From contig CM059432.1 in assembly GCA_030390025.1 (NCBI GenBank), forward strand, positions 131,814,001 to 131,878,000: a stretch of 64,000 nucleotides of DNA. Direction: 5' to 3'. Source of the stretch: Squalus acanthias (taxonomy: Eukaryota). This document shows positions 34,921 through 47,700 of the stretch, piece by piece (position 1 is the first letter of the stretch; each line of letters begins with the position of its first letter). A model generated the notes under the pieces. It was not told the DNA's origin. It did not search any database and saw only the letters and a program-made list of their open reading frames with translations. Both the position numbers and the translations under genes were made by a program.

Positions 34921-35821
34921 TTCTGACGAAAGGTCATCAACCTGAAACGTTCACCCTGGGCTGGATTTTGTCTTGGGGTCGGGTTGGGGTCGTGTCATCC
35001 GCATTTTGTGTTACCCCCCCGACTCCAGATTAATGTGGATGAATTATGCAATTTTCACTTAATTGGGCAATTGAGTTCCAGCATGTGGGAACCCATGAAC
35101 CAATTAATGGTTTCAGTCTGAAAGTCGCCTCTGATGATGTCATCATTGGTGCTGCATTGCAGGTCAGAGCCTGCCTGCCTGGTCTCAGAGACTGCCTGGC
35201 TGTTGGTGTGAGTGGACCTGGATGCAAAATGAGCAGCAGCTCAGAGAGAGAGAATGAGAATGAATTTTTTTTCTATCCAGGTCCTCTCACAGCAAGGCCA
35301 GACATTCAATGCAGCAGCATCAGAGGTGACTTTCACACCTAATCACAATACTATTACTACTACCTTCATCACATCTCCATTGTAATAGTGGACCTGCAGC
35401 TGATAGTCAGCTATCCACTTGTGCTCCCGCCAGGTTTCACTGGAGTGTTTCACATCAGGCGTACTTCACGTCGGAAATGGGTTAAACTAGCTAAAATGTT
35501 TCAAAATGGCATTACAGAGCCAATTTAGGGCTTGTTGAGGGCTTTAATGGCCTCTCCCGCCTCTTGGAGGCGGGACGGAGTCGGGAACCCTGCGACTGAT
35601 TTTGTCAAAATTGCGTGGAGGCGGGATGGAGTCGGGATGGGGTCGGGACCCCCGAATCTGCAACTTTAACCCCCCACACGCCTCCAAACCCGACTCCATG
35701 GGTCATTGAAAATCCAGCCCTCTGTTTTCTCTCTCCACAGATGCTGCCTGACCTGCTGAGTATTTCCAGCATTTTCTGTTTCTATTTCAAATTTCCTGCA
35801 GCCACAGTATTTTGCTTTTGT
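34921..35821 (+). mobile_element. Penelope-like short insertion (family B) with hammerhead motif, split by a MITE
   Basis: CTGACGA-A-AGGT-CATCA-ACCT-GAAA-CGTT at 34923-34951; the element resumes at 35721. Imperfect 13-bp TSD AAAAGAAAAACCG / AAAAGGAAAACAG. Confidence 0.7.
34958..35720. mobile_element. Harbinger-type MITE nested in the Penelope-like element
   Basis: Perfect TIRs GGGCTGGATTTT / AAAATCCAGCCC; flanks CCT and TCT. Confidence 0.8.
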
Positions 35822-35934
35822 AAAAGGAAAACAGCATTGTCTTGCTTTGCTGTAACTGTTGCGGTAACGGTTGTCAACGGATTCCGTAACTACTAAAACT
35901 GACCACTAATGTGACCATAATGGGTGAAATTCAG

Positions 35935-36082
35935 CAAAAAACAACTTGCATTTACATAGCGCCTTTAAGGCAGTAAAACGTCCCAGGGCGCTTCACCGGT
36001 GCATTATCAGACATAATTTGACACCGAGCCACATAAGGAGATATTAGGACAGGTTACCAAAAGCTTGATCAAAGAGGTAGGC
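35935..36082 (-). mobile_element. L2-type 3' tail fragment
   Basis: Homologous to 18988-19135. Confidence 0.65.
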
Positions 36083-36215
36083 AGCTTGATTTTATTCGTT
36101 GTGCAGCTTTCTACAGTTACTTTTCAGTGTGTGTTTAATCGTGCAATTCAATTACTCTAGCTCGTGTGGCTCAAAAGAATATCTTGTTTTTAATTACGAA
36201 TCAATTCCATTACAG

Positions 36216-36269
36216 GGTAGTAGAGGTGAAAAAGGAATACCTGGCTCTCCTGGACAGTATGGCCCTTTG
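36216..36269 (+). CDS. Collagen 54-nt Gly-X-Y exon (GSRGEKGIPGSPGQYGPL)
   Basis: cag|GGT...TTG|gtaagc. Confidence 0.93.
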
Positions 36270-36494
36270 GTAAGCGAGCTTAAAAACCCGAATGTTTTTC
36301 AAGGAGTAAATGGAGTGCTCATTTTGTAAAACTTTCGTATTTTTCTGACACACATTTTTGATATTAATCACATTTTTTTTTAATGATGATACTTGTTGTT
36401 GAAATAATGTTAGAATTGTTTCCAACCAAAGTGTTTTAACTGATCTTTCCTGAAAGTATACAGTTAATGCCGTCAACGAGGTCACAAGACAATT

Positions 36495-37570
36495 ATAGGA
36501 ACTGGAGGAGGCCTTTCAGCCCCCCGAGCCTGTTCCGCCATTCATTGAGATCATGGCTGATCTGTACCCTAACTCCATCCACTCGCCTTGGCTCCATATC
36601 CTTTTATATTCTTGTCTAGCAAAAATCTATCGATCTTTGATTTAAAATTATTAATTGCGCTAGCATCTACTGCTTTTTGTGGGAGAGAGTTCCACATTTC
36701 TACCACCCTTTGCATGAAGAAGTTTTTCCTAACTTCTCTCCTGAATGGCCTGGCTCTGATTTTAAAGTTATGTCCCCTTGTCCTAGACTCCCCCACCAGC
36801 GGAAAAAGTTTCTCTCTCTCTATCCTATCAATTCCATTCAAAATCCTAAAAAAGCTCAATCAAATCACACCTCAACCTTTTATATTCCAGGGAATACAAG
36901 CCTAGTTTATGTAATCTCTCATAATCTAATCCTTGGAGCCCTGGTAATAATTATGGATAAGAAAGGCCATTTGGCCATCTTAATTCATTCATCCAGAATG
37001 ACTCTGAAGCTCATCCACTGCAGCATCTGTTTGGTTCTTAAATGATTTCAAGGTCTTCACCTCCACTACTTTATCTGGGAGTCCATTCCATGTATTGATG
37101 GCTTTTTATATGAAGAGTTTCCTCATATGAGTCTTAAATTTGCCTTTTACTAGTTTAATGCTGTGGCCCCTTGTACTACGGTCACAATTTAATGTAGTTT
37201 TCTAGATTTACCATTTCCAATCTGTTTACGATCTTATATACCTCGATAAGATCACCGCTCAGACCCTCTCCTTTCAGGGCTGGCACGCCCAAGTTCCTGC
37301 TGTTCTTCCTCATAACACAGACTTCACAGACTAGGGATCAGGTTTGTGGCTGTGAACTGCCTCCAATGCTTGAATGTCTCCCTTGTGCCCCAGTGGCCAG
37401 AACTGCAACAGTACACAAGTTGTGGTGTGAGCAGACCACTGTACAGTTTGATCATGACTTCCTCTGACTTGTATTCTACTGTTCAACATTCTATTGGCTT
37501 TGTTGATTGCTGCTCTCCATTGGTTAAATATGTTGACTATTGAGTCTAAGATGTTTTCAACTTCAATTGC
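36495..37570 (-). mobile_element. Two adjacent CR1 3' fragments
   Basis: ORF 36569..36859 (SRTRGHNFKI) plus an older fragment downstream (AINKANRML). Confidence 0.75.
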
Positions 37571-37574
37571 ACCA

Positions 37575-38130
37575 CCCACAATCAAAATCTTGCAGGGTGA
37601 GGGGTTACCATTGACCAGAAGCTTAACTGGACTAGCCATATCAACACCGTGGCTACAAGAGCAGGGAAGAGGTTACTGTTCTGTAATGAACCGCTCAGCT
37701 CCTGACCCCCTCAAAACTTCTTCACTTACAAGACTCAAGTCAGGAATGTGATGGAATACGCACCACTTTCCTGAATGGGTGCAGCCACACTCAGGAAGTT
37801 TGACAATATCCAGGACAAAGCGCTCTGCTTGAACGTGGGGCACCCCTGCCACTGAACTCAACACCCACCCCTTCCACCCCAGCGCACTATCACTGCAGTA
37901 TGCGCTATCTACAGGGTGCACTGCAGCAAATTGCCAAGCTTACTTCAACAGCATTTTCCAGCCCTATGACATCTTAACACCAAGATGGAAAAGAGCAGCA
38001 ACTCCATTGGAACACTAACACCTTCAGGTTTCCCCGCAGTCACCCACCATCCTAATCTGTTCCTTCACTGTCGCTAGGTTAAAATCCTGGAATTCCCTAT
38101 CTAGCATCACAAGGATTTCAGCGGTTCAAC
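37575..38130 (+). mobile_element. CR1-group family B 3' fragment
   Basis: Homologous to roughly 48390-48980. Confidence 0.7.
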
Positions 38131-38919
38131 TGTTTTTCTCTTACGAAAGATTTTGTAACTAAATTTGGAGGCGATATTAAGAGGGGTGGAGCTTTTTGTA
38201 ATTCGCTTGGACAATAGCCACTCAGGAAGAACCCAATAATTCAAATTCATCTTCCATTTAGGTTTAATTCACTTAGAAAAACAAACTGAAATCATTTTCA
38301 ACTTTTCCTCTGATAATCTTTGTTTTCCTTTCTATAGAAACCACAAGTGCTGTTAATCACAGCTGTTGTCCAGGTGTCTGTGAACAGTTTATGACCCACA
38401 AGGAATATTTGCCTAAAGTGAAACTGTGAATTGAATTTCCAGCTTGTTTTGAAGTTTTTGAAATGAAGAGATTCTCAAATCGTCACAGAATGAAATAATC
38501 CCCACTTACCTTCCTACATAGGCTTAAATTCAGAAATATGTTGATGTACTGCTGGAAAATTCTGCAGACTGCACTTGCTCAGAGTTCATGGATGTGGTTG
38601 GACTTTGATGATTTTAGGGGCATATAGCTGGTCGAAGTCTAGGGACAGCCTGAGGCCTTTACCTAAAAACTTTATCAAAAGTATTAAAAAGCGCAAGCAC
38701 AATTTAATTGGTAAACGTAATCATGCTATTGTGAAATATGCAATTTCTGATGTTCTGATTTTGGACATGCAGTTGCTCAGAAAAAATGGCAGCTAAAAAC
38801 ATTTTCAAAAAGTTTTGTAAGTGATTTGATTAGTAAGCTTCCTCCTTTTTAAGTTTTTATTTTATTTGGTATGTTCTCCTGACTGGTCATTCAGGAGTTC
38901 TTGTTTTCATATATCCTTG

Positions 38920-39808
38920 GGGGGAGAAATTCGGTATCGTCCCATTTGGGGCGCAATTATCGGCCAGGTGCAAAGTTTAGCGCCTGCCGCTAATTATCGT
39001 CTCCGACTGCAAACTTGACTTCTGTCGCCGCTGGAGGTGATTGGAGCGCTAAATCAGGCGCTACACACCTCTCTTAAGGCTCTAACGCCGAGGAGCGAGG
39101 CGCTACCTCAGAGCACTGGCGAAGCTCATGTGATGTCAGTCAGCAATGGAACACAGACACACTGGCGCCGGCCAGTTCTTAAAGGGGAGGGTCGATCTTG
39201 CTCTCCATCCACACCCTGCTCATTGCAGCCTTGAATCTCGGCCTGGAGAGACCTGACATCAAATCTTCAGGAAAGAACAATGGAGAGGCCCAGAGAAAGA
39301 GCTCAGAGTGCAGCCCCCATAGTCTCTTCTAAATCGATGCAAGGAAGGTCAAATCAAAATGAACCTGCAAAGTGCTGCTCAGTACCCAAAACTCCTTCAC
39401 ACAGCGTTGAATCTCTCCAGCAGTTTCTCTCTCTCTTAGAATGCGTGGTGCAAAAATGTCACCGACAATAAAAGGCAGGAAGCGGCCGCCTTTAAATAGC
39501 GCTCCCCCAGTCCTTTCCCGACTGCAAAACGTTCCCCTCAACCTGTCGTTACTAGCGGCAGGCGGAAAGTCAGGGGGAGCCACTCAATATCCGGTCTGGG
39601 GCGCTACTGGGGCGTTGCACGCTCGACTGATGTTACGATCTGCGGGCGCAGGAGATCATGGCGGTAGTGTTTAGCGCTGCCACAATATGTCTGGTCAATT
39701 TCACGAGTGGTGCAAACATCGCTGTGCCCGGACGCTAGTTGCTTTCCGTTCCATTAGCGCCCTCTTAGGGCGCTAACTGGAGGCGCAAAGCAACCGAATT
39801 TTTCCCCC
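38920..39808. mobile_element. Non-autonomous PIF/Harbinger-type element (MITE), copy 2
   Basis: TIRs GGGGGAGAAATTCGGT / ACCGAATTTTTCCCCC; colinear with 7690-8587. Confidence 0.8.
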
Positions 39809-40004
39809 TTTTCTCTTGGGCAATTTTCAAGCCATTTTTCTTGCTTCAGACTTGTACCTTCACTACCTCTTCAGTTCTGATTTACCTGTTTTACTTTGAG
39901 CCAGCCAATAAAATTTGAAAGTGCAAGTAAGGCAATAGGAAGTGTACGCTAGAACCAAGACGTTTAATATGTTATAGATTATAGTACTTTTATTTTGATG
40001 TTAA

Positions 40005-40225
40005 AATGGTGTCGTGGTTAGAATGTGGATCTCATTACCACAAGGAGTAGTTGAGGCGACGAGCAGAGATACATTTAAGGGGAAGCTAGATAAACATATG
40101 AGGGAGAAAGGAATAGAAGGATATGCTGATGGGACTGGATGAAGTAGGGTGGGATGAGGCTCGTGTGGAGCATAATCACTGGCTTGGGCCGAATGGCCTG
40201 TTTCTGTGCTGTAAATACTATGTAA
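40005..40225 (+). mobile_element. CR1 3' tail fragment
   Basis: TTTAAGGGGAAGCTAGATAA...GGCCGAATGGCCTGTTTCTGTGCTGT; sibling at 41915-42150. Confidence 0.7.
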
Positions 40226-40333
40226 GATTAAAGTATATTGAGAGAAAAGAATCTGAGTATAAAACATCATATAAAATCATTTCTTTATGTTTAAGTACTT
40301 TGACCATGAATCTTTTATTTCACCTGCTTTCAG

Positions 40334-40387
40334 GGAGAACCTGGAATTCCAGGAGGAAATGGTCTTCCGGGACCACCTGGTTTAAAG
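40334..40387 (+). CDS. Collagen 54-nt Gly-X-Y exon (GEPGIPGGNGLPGPPGLK)
   Basis: cag|GGA...AAG|gtagga; last exon I can find in the window. Confidence 0.93.
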
Positions 40388-40966
40388 GTAGGATGTATTT
40401 CATATTATCCTTAAATGTTGTGTTAATTCAGTAGAACTGAGCCTGGATAACGAGTCCCAGTTTAGAATTCCAATCCACAGCTTCCATTCGCTCTGATTAT
40501 ATATAACTCCTGCTCCAAACCAAACATTTCTCGGCAGATTAGTGACTTGTTTATGAGAATGGAACTGGAACCTTCCTCAGGGCAGGACAGGTGTCTAAGT
40601 TACATAATAAGATATGTGTATTGGTCTTTCACAGGAGCCTTTAACTTTTATTTTTTTTTAAATGGACGTTACTTTGGAAATGAATGAACTATGTCTAAAG
40701 GTATTTGCATAACCGAATAGTAGACACATGCGGCATGTTGTATACTGTGTAGTTAGGTGGTGTAGCTGAGTAAAATAACACCCACCTTACTGAAAGGAAA
40801 TTTAAAGAGGGAAGTGCTCCAGGATTAATGTTCCACTCGTACCCATTTTTAATTAATTTCATAATTGGGCATTGCAGTGTTGGGTTAAATGGTTTGTTCC
40901 TAAATTGTATATATCCAGCTGGTACCTCCAGTAGTCCTTTGATGTTTGCTTCCATGAGGAATCAGA

Positions 40967-41720
40967 GGCCCTGAATTTGCGGTCGGAGGCTTCCCGTGGG
41001 CGGATGCCTCTGACCAGCAAAAAATCTACGAACCTACCAGATGGTCCCGGAGGTTCGAACACTTGCGATCCTGGGCCTCTATGCGTTGGCCTGCGTAGAG
41101 GCCCACGTATCCCAGGGGCGCAGGCGGTTCGCAAGTGCCCCTGGGATCACGTGTGCTGACCTAACCAATCAAAGAAAGGGATCCCCATTCATACTTATTA
41201 TGAGGATTCCGTATGTACGGAACCTTCATAAGTATGAATGGGAATACTCCCAAAAATACACGTACACTTCAATTAAAAATTTTTAAAAAATCACATATTT
41301 AAAATTAATCAAATTGGCATTTAATTAAATATTTAAAACAAAAATTTAATTTTTTGAAAAATAAATTTATATATTTTAAAGGAGCTGAAAATAAACTGAC
41401 CTTATTTCACAAGTTTTTAAATGTATAAATTATTGAAAAAAATTTATTTTTCTGTTCTTTAAAAGTCTTACGCTGGTAAAAGCAGGCCTTATGCCTGCTT
41501 TTGCCAGGCATAAGAATTTCATGGGCATTCGCTGGGCAGAAGTTGGACAAATAGCCCAACTCTCCGCCCGCGGATGCCCTTTTCCCGGGGATGCATTGTT
41601 CAGATCGCAAGTTCCGGGTTTTAGTGCATGCGCTTCGCATGCCTAAACCTGGAACTTGCGCGGCCCCTACGTGCACGTGCACACCTCGTACGCACCCGTG
41701 GGGGTCGCAAAATACAGCCC
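40967..41720. mobile_element. Harbinger-type MITE with internal hairpins
   Basis: Imperfect TIRs GGCCCTGAATTTGCG / CGCAAAATACAGCCC; TSD AGA. GC-rich arms surround an AT-rich centre. Confidence 0.72.
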
Positions 41721-41914
41721 AGAGTGTTATTTATGTTTTTATGTGAGCCTGAGCAAAATATGATTGTTGGCTGGTAGCAGACTCCACATGTGTGACATGG
41801 CTTCTCATTTGGCTCAAGGAACTCCAGAACATGATTTTTGGCAACAAAATATATTTTTTCAAAGACTGAATGTATTGATTCTCACACTGTTGTGGAATAT
41901 TGTGAAACCCATTA

Positions 41915-42150
41915 TATGTCAGAATGGTGAGACTGTGGAACTTGCTACTACATGGAGTGGTTGAGGCAAATAGCATAGATACATTTACAGGAAAGCTAGA
42001 TAAGTGCATGTGGGAGAAAGGAATAGAAGAATATGTCGATGGGGTGAGATGAAGTAAATAGAGTGAGAGGAGGCTCGTGTGGAGCATAAACACCAGCTGT
42101 ATGGCCACCGAATGGCCAGCTTCTGTGCTATAAATACTATGTAATTCAAT
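41915..42150 (+). mobile_element. CR1 3' tail fragment
   Basis: Homologous to 40005-40225. Confidence 0.7.
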
Positions 42151-42945
42151 GTAATCAGTTAATCTTTCTTCTCCAGCTTAATAAGGCCTTGTTATAGTTG
42201 CTTTAATGATGTTTCCTACTGATTGTAACAGTGATCCTGGTTTATCATTATTATAATGCGGGGTTATAATAAGGTTATCATGATATTTGTGAGCTTTACT
42301 TTATAACAATAGAGCACCACAATTTGTTATGATGTGATCCTATATTTGGATCAGAAATGTATTTATTTAAATTTAACCATGTCTCTTTTTGACACTATGG
42401 ATGGGATAGCATTAGAAACGAGAGAAAAGCAGGGCGTGAGGCTTACCGCTACCTCCCTGCCCCTGCCACAATTTCCCTCCCCCTGACACTGCTAGGATTG
42501 CTATTGGCTGCCACTTCCATGTCCACTGCATGAAAATTGCAATGTGGAGGTAGGTCCCCAGCAGATTTTCCTGGTGTCTTCCCATGTTACTGCCTCTTCC
42601 TGGGACTGTCATGTACTACATGGCAGTAATTCCTGGAAAATGTGGGCTTGGCAATGGAAGGCTCCCTCTTGGTGGTGGGAATCCACCACGCATGATTGAT
42701 GAACCCTGAACCATGAAACAGAGTCAGGATTGCGGCATTGTTGGTGAATTTAACTTCAGCATGGGTAAAAGAAATGTCCTCTTTGCATCAACTATGACTT
42801 TTTAGATTGACTTTAAATTTCTGATAACTATTGCTAGAAATCTTGACACTAGCAAGATGTACTAAATTGGGAAGGGTCCTCAGTAATGAAGAGATTAAGA
42901 TGCCCATGTAGAAGTCAGATGATTCAACTAAAAATGGTATATAAT

Positions 42946-43688
42946 GGCCCGAAAATTAGACCTAATACGCGAGAGTACGCACTGTGTACTCTCACGTTTT
43001 AGGTCTCCAATTGCCGGTTTCCAGCATGCACTGCGCATGCGCGGGAAACCGGCACTTCGTGAACTCAAAAGGGGGTGGTTCCTAAGTGAACCGCGTGCGC
43101 GCTACAGGCTGCGCGCACGCAGTGCACTTAGTGCTTTGAACGCGCAGGTAAGTATGGAAGATTTTACACATAAAGAAAGGAGGCGTAAGACCCTCTTTTA
43201 ACAAGGTAAGTAGTTAATTAAGTATCATTTTAATTTTTTTTCAACAGGTTTATCTTTTTTAGAGACTTTAAAGAAAGGTAAGTTTATTTTTATAACTTTT
43301 AAAAAGATTTTAAATTTTTTCAAAAATTTAAATTTTTGTTTAAAGTGGTTAATTTATTTAACTATAGTTATTTTATTAATGTGATGGTTTTTTTTTTAAT
43401 TTAATTGAGGTTTAGCTGTTCTTTTGGGGGTAAGTTGTATTCATAGCTTTGACAGTTCTCCTGTCAAAACTATGAATGAAAGATGGTGTGCTGCCATTGG
43501 CTCTAACTGAATCACGTGATCCCAGAGCTCGCACGAACTAACTGCGTCTGTGAGTCACGCACACACTGCACAGCTGCAGCCTTGAAACTAAAGTTCGTGT
43601 GGGCCAGGAGGGAAAAGGCAGGCGCGCAGTGAGATATCGCGGGGAAGCCTTACCCCCGCAGGAACGCTCAGTGTTTAATTTCTGGGCC
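42946..43688. mobile_element. Harbinger-type MITE with internal hairpin
   Basis: TIRs GGCCCGAAAATTAGAC / GTTTAATTTCTGGGCC; flanks AAT and ATT. Confidence 0.72.
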
Positions 43689-44091
43689 ATTGTCTAAGTA
43701 CTTTTGTTTTTAAGTCCTGTAATCTGAAGTGTCCAGGACCTCCCACATCATGCAGGTACTGCCCATCAAAACGTTGTGATTTAGCTTCTCAAATATAATT
43801 TTAAGTCAGCTTCACCTCCAGGCTGAATTCCCATTGAGGCTAAACTCCGCGCATTCCCAACCTTTCGCACTTTACTTGTGTCATGCTGCTCTAATACCTG
43901 GCTAGCACTCTCAAATTTATACCGTCTTAACTTACTTAATAGTCAAACTGCCAAAGGCATCACAGAAGAGAAGAGCTAACCACATCACTTATGTAATCAA
44001 TTCATTAAACTATTACTGGTTCAGTCCAGGCCACAATAAGGTACCAAATAAACAAAGTTCAAACAGTTCCTTGTAATGATCAGCTAAAATG

Positions 44092-44556
44092 AAAAAAAAG
44101 ACTTGCATTTATATAGTGCTTTTCATGACCTTAGGATGTCCCAAAGTGCTTTACAGCCAATGAAGTACTTTTGAAGTGTAGTCACTGTTGTAATGTAGGA
44201 AACACGGAAGCCAATTTGCACAAAGCAAGGTCCCACAAACAGCAATGAGATAATGACCAGATAATCTGATTTAGTGATGTTGATTGAGGAATAAATATTG
44301 GCCAGGACATCGGGGAGAACTCCCCTACTCTTCTTCGAAATAGTGCCATGGCATCTTTTACGTCTACCTGTGAAAGCAGACGGGGCCTTGGTTTAACGTT
44401 TCATCCGAAAGACGTCACCTCCGACAATGCAGCACTCCCTCAGCACTGCCCTGGAGTGTCAGCCTAGATTTTTGTGCTCAAGTCTCTGGAGTGGGACCTG
44501 AACCCACAACCTTCTGTCTCAGAGGTGAGAGTGCTACCAACTGAGCCACGGCTGAC
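44092..44556 (-). mobile_element. tRNA-derived DeuSINE (SacSINE1-like), full length
   Basis: Colinear with 33231-33693. Confidence 0.85.
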
Positions 44557-44779
44557 CCTGAAGCAAGTCAAAATCACTACCTTTGCTGCATCGTTCCCAA
44601 TGAGACTAAACCCCATACTCAACTGATCTTTCGCACTTCATTGTCTCACTGCTCCACCACTGCTCTATTTCTCTCCACCGCTCTTCTTTTTCTTTATTCT
44701 CTCTTCCTTACTGAATCGCTGTACTTATACATTCTCTATGTTTAACCTTGTTAATATTTTTGCCCATAATTTATTCATT

Positions 44780-47700
44780 ATGCTATAGACAGAGCTAAGC
44801 GATCCCACAACCAATGGATCAGAGCAAAGCTCTGTAGTCCTGCCACATCCAGTCTTGAATGGTAGGTGGACCATTAAACAACTAACGGGAGGAGGAGGCT
44901 CCATGAATATCCCCATCCTCAATGATGGCGGAGCCCAGCACATGAGTGCAAAAAAGAAGGTTGAAGCGTTTGCAACCATCTTCAGCCAGAAGTGCCGAGT
45001 GGATGATTCATATCGGCCTCCTCCTGAGGTCCCCACCACCACAGAAGCCAGTCTTCAGCCAATTCGATTCGCTCCACGTGATATCAAGAAACAGCTGAGT
45101 GCACTGGGTACAGCAAAAGCTGTGGGCCCCGACAACATCCCAGCTGTCGTGCTGAAGACCTGTGCTCTAGATCTGGCCACGCCTCTAGCCAAGCTGTTCC
45201 AGTACAGCTACAACACTGGCATCTGTCCGACAATCTGGAAAACTGCCCAGGTATGTCCTGTCCACAAAAAGCAGGACAAATCCAATCCGGCCAATTACCG
45301 CCCCATCAGTCCACTCTCAATCATCACAAAGTGATGAAAGGTGTAGTCGACAGTGCTATCAAGCAGCACTTACTCACCAATAACCTGCTCATCGATGCTC
45401 AGTTTGTGTTCCGTCAGGACCACTCGTCTCCAGACCTCATTACAGCCTTTGTCCAAACATGGAAAAAAGAGCTGAATTGTATAGGTGAGGTGAGAATGAC
45501 TGCCCTTGACATCAAGGCAGCATTTGACTGAGTGTGGCATCAAGGAGCCCTAGTAAAATTGAAATCAATGGGAATCGGGGGAAAGCTCTCCACTGGCTGG
45601 AGTTATACCTAGCACAAAGGAAGATGTTTGTAGTTGTTGGAGGTCAATAATCTCAGCCCCAGGACATCGCTGCAGGAGTTCCTTAGGGCAGTGTCCAAGG
45701 CCCAACCATCTTCAGCTGCTTCATCAGTGACCTTTCCTCCATTATAAGGTCATTATACTGTTTTTTTAGACCAGTACGTTGAGGAGCCTAACTAGGGAAC
45801 AGGCTATCCTAGATTGGGTATTGTGCAATGAGAAGAGGTTAATTAATAATCTTGTTGTGCGGGGTCATTTAGGGAAGAGTGACCATAACATGATAGAATT
45901 CTTCATTAAGATGGAAAGTGAAGAAGTCCAATCCGAAACTAGGGTCCTAAATCTAAACAAAGGAAACTACGAAGGTATGAGGAGTGAGTTGGCTACGATA
46001 GATAGGGGAGCTTCATTAAAAGGCATGACGGTGGATAGGCAATGGCTAACATTTAAGAAACGAATGCATGAATTGCAACAGTTATACATTCCTTTCTGGC
46101 GCAAAAACACAAGGAAAAGCGGCCCAACCATGACTAACAAAAGAAATTAAGGATAGTATTAGATCCAAAGAGGAGTCATATAAAGTTGCCAGAAAAAGTA
46201 GCAAGCCTGAGGATTGGGAGCAGTTTAGAGTTCAGCAAAAAAGGACCAAGAGGGGAAAAATAGAGTATGAGAGTAAACTTGCAAGGAACATAAAAGCAGA
46301 CTGTAAAAGCTTCTACAAGTATGTAAAAAGAAAAAGATTAGTGAAGACAAATGTAGGTCCCTTACAGTCAGAAACGGGAGAATTTATAAGGAGGAACAAG
46401 GAAATAGCAGAGCAATTAAACAAATACTTTGGTTCTGTCTTCACAGAAGAGGACACAAATAACTTCCAGAAATGCTAGGGAACCAAGGGTCTAGTGAGAA
46501 GGAGGAATTAAAGGAAATTAGTATTAATAAAAAAATAGTGCTGGGGAAATTAATGGGACTGAAAGCCGATAAATCCCCAGGGCCTGATAATCTGCATCCC
46601 AGAGTACTAAAAGAGGTAGCCATGGAAATAGTGGATGCATTGGTTGTCATCTTCCAAAATTCTATAGATCATGGAACAGTTCCTGCAGATTGGAGGGTGG
46701 CAAATGTAACCTCACTATTTAAAAAAGGAGGGAGCGAGAAAACAGGGAACTACAGACCGGTTTGCCTAACATCAGTAGTAGGGAAAATGCTAGAGTCTAT
46801 TATAAAGGATGTGATAACAGGACACTTAGAAAATATCAACGGGATTAGACAAAGTCAACATGGATTTATGGAAGGGAAATCGTGTTTGACAAACCTACTG
46901 GAGTATTTTGAGGATGTAACTGGTAGAATAGATAAGGGAGAACCAGTGGATGTGGTGTATTTGGATTTTCAGAAGGCCTTTGATAAAGTCCCACATAAGA
47001 GGTTAGTGTGCAAAATTAAAGCACATGGGATTGGGGGTAATATACTGGCATGGATTGAAAATTGATTAACAGACAGGAAACAGAGAGTAGGAATAAATGG
47101 GTCTTTTTCGGGGTGGCAGGCGGTGACTAGTGGGGTACCGCAGGGATCAGTGCTTGGGCCCCAGCTATTCACAATATATATCAATGATTTGGATGAGGGA
47201 ACCAAATGTAATATTTCCAAGTTTGCTGACGACACAAAACTAGGTGGGATTGTGAGTTGTGAGGAGGATGCAAAGAGGCTTCAAGGCGATTTAGACTAGT
47301 TGAGTGAGTGGGCAAATACATAGCAGATGCAGTATAACGTGGATAAATGTGAAGTTATCCACTTCAGTAGGAAAAACAGAAAGGCAGAGTATTATTTAAA
47401 TGGTGACAGATTGGGAAATGTTGATGTACAGAGGGACCTGGGTGTCCTTGTACACCAGTCACTGAAAACAAACATGCAGGTGCAGCAAGCAGTTAGGAAA
47501 GCAAATGGTATGTTGGCCTTCATTGCAAGAGGATTTGAGTACAGGAGCAAGGATGTCTTACTACAGTTATACAGGGCCTTGGTGAGACCACACCTGGAGT
47601 ACGATGTGCAGTTTTGGTCTCCTTACCTAAGAAAGGATATACTTGCCATAGAGGGAGTGCAGCGAAGGTTCACCAGACTGATTCCTGGGATGGCAGGACT

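Larger units (their letters stand above)
4931..40387 (+). other. FACIT collagen gene, collagen alpha-1(XXI)-like (partial; extends beyond the window on both sides)
   Basis: Spliced peptide DDER-CPPDRMAPKAVCECPSGPSGSPGLQGRK-GHKGEPGKPGKSGTAGVP-GQYGEQGIPGIPGSQGIQ-GQPGLPGSPGEPGPKGYR-GDKGHHGLPGVEGPMGPK-GPEGPSGLQGIPGLLGKK-GSRGEKGIPGSPGQYGPL-GEPGIPGGNGLPGPPGLK. All introns are GT-AG and phase 0. The CxCP motif before the helix and the order of helical blocks (..GIQ, ..GKK, GxxGEKG.., GEPG..GxK) resemble COL21A1 as I recall it. Orthologue versus paralogue is unresolved. Confidence 0.85.
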
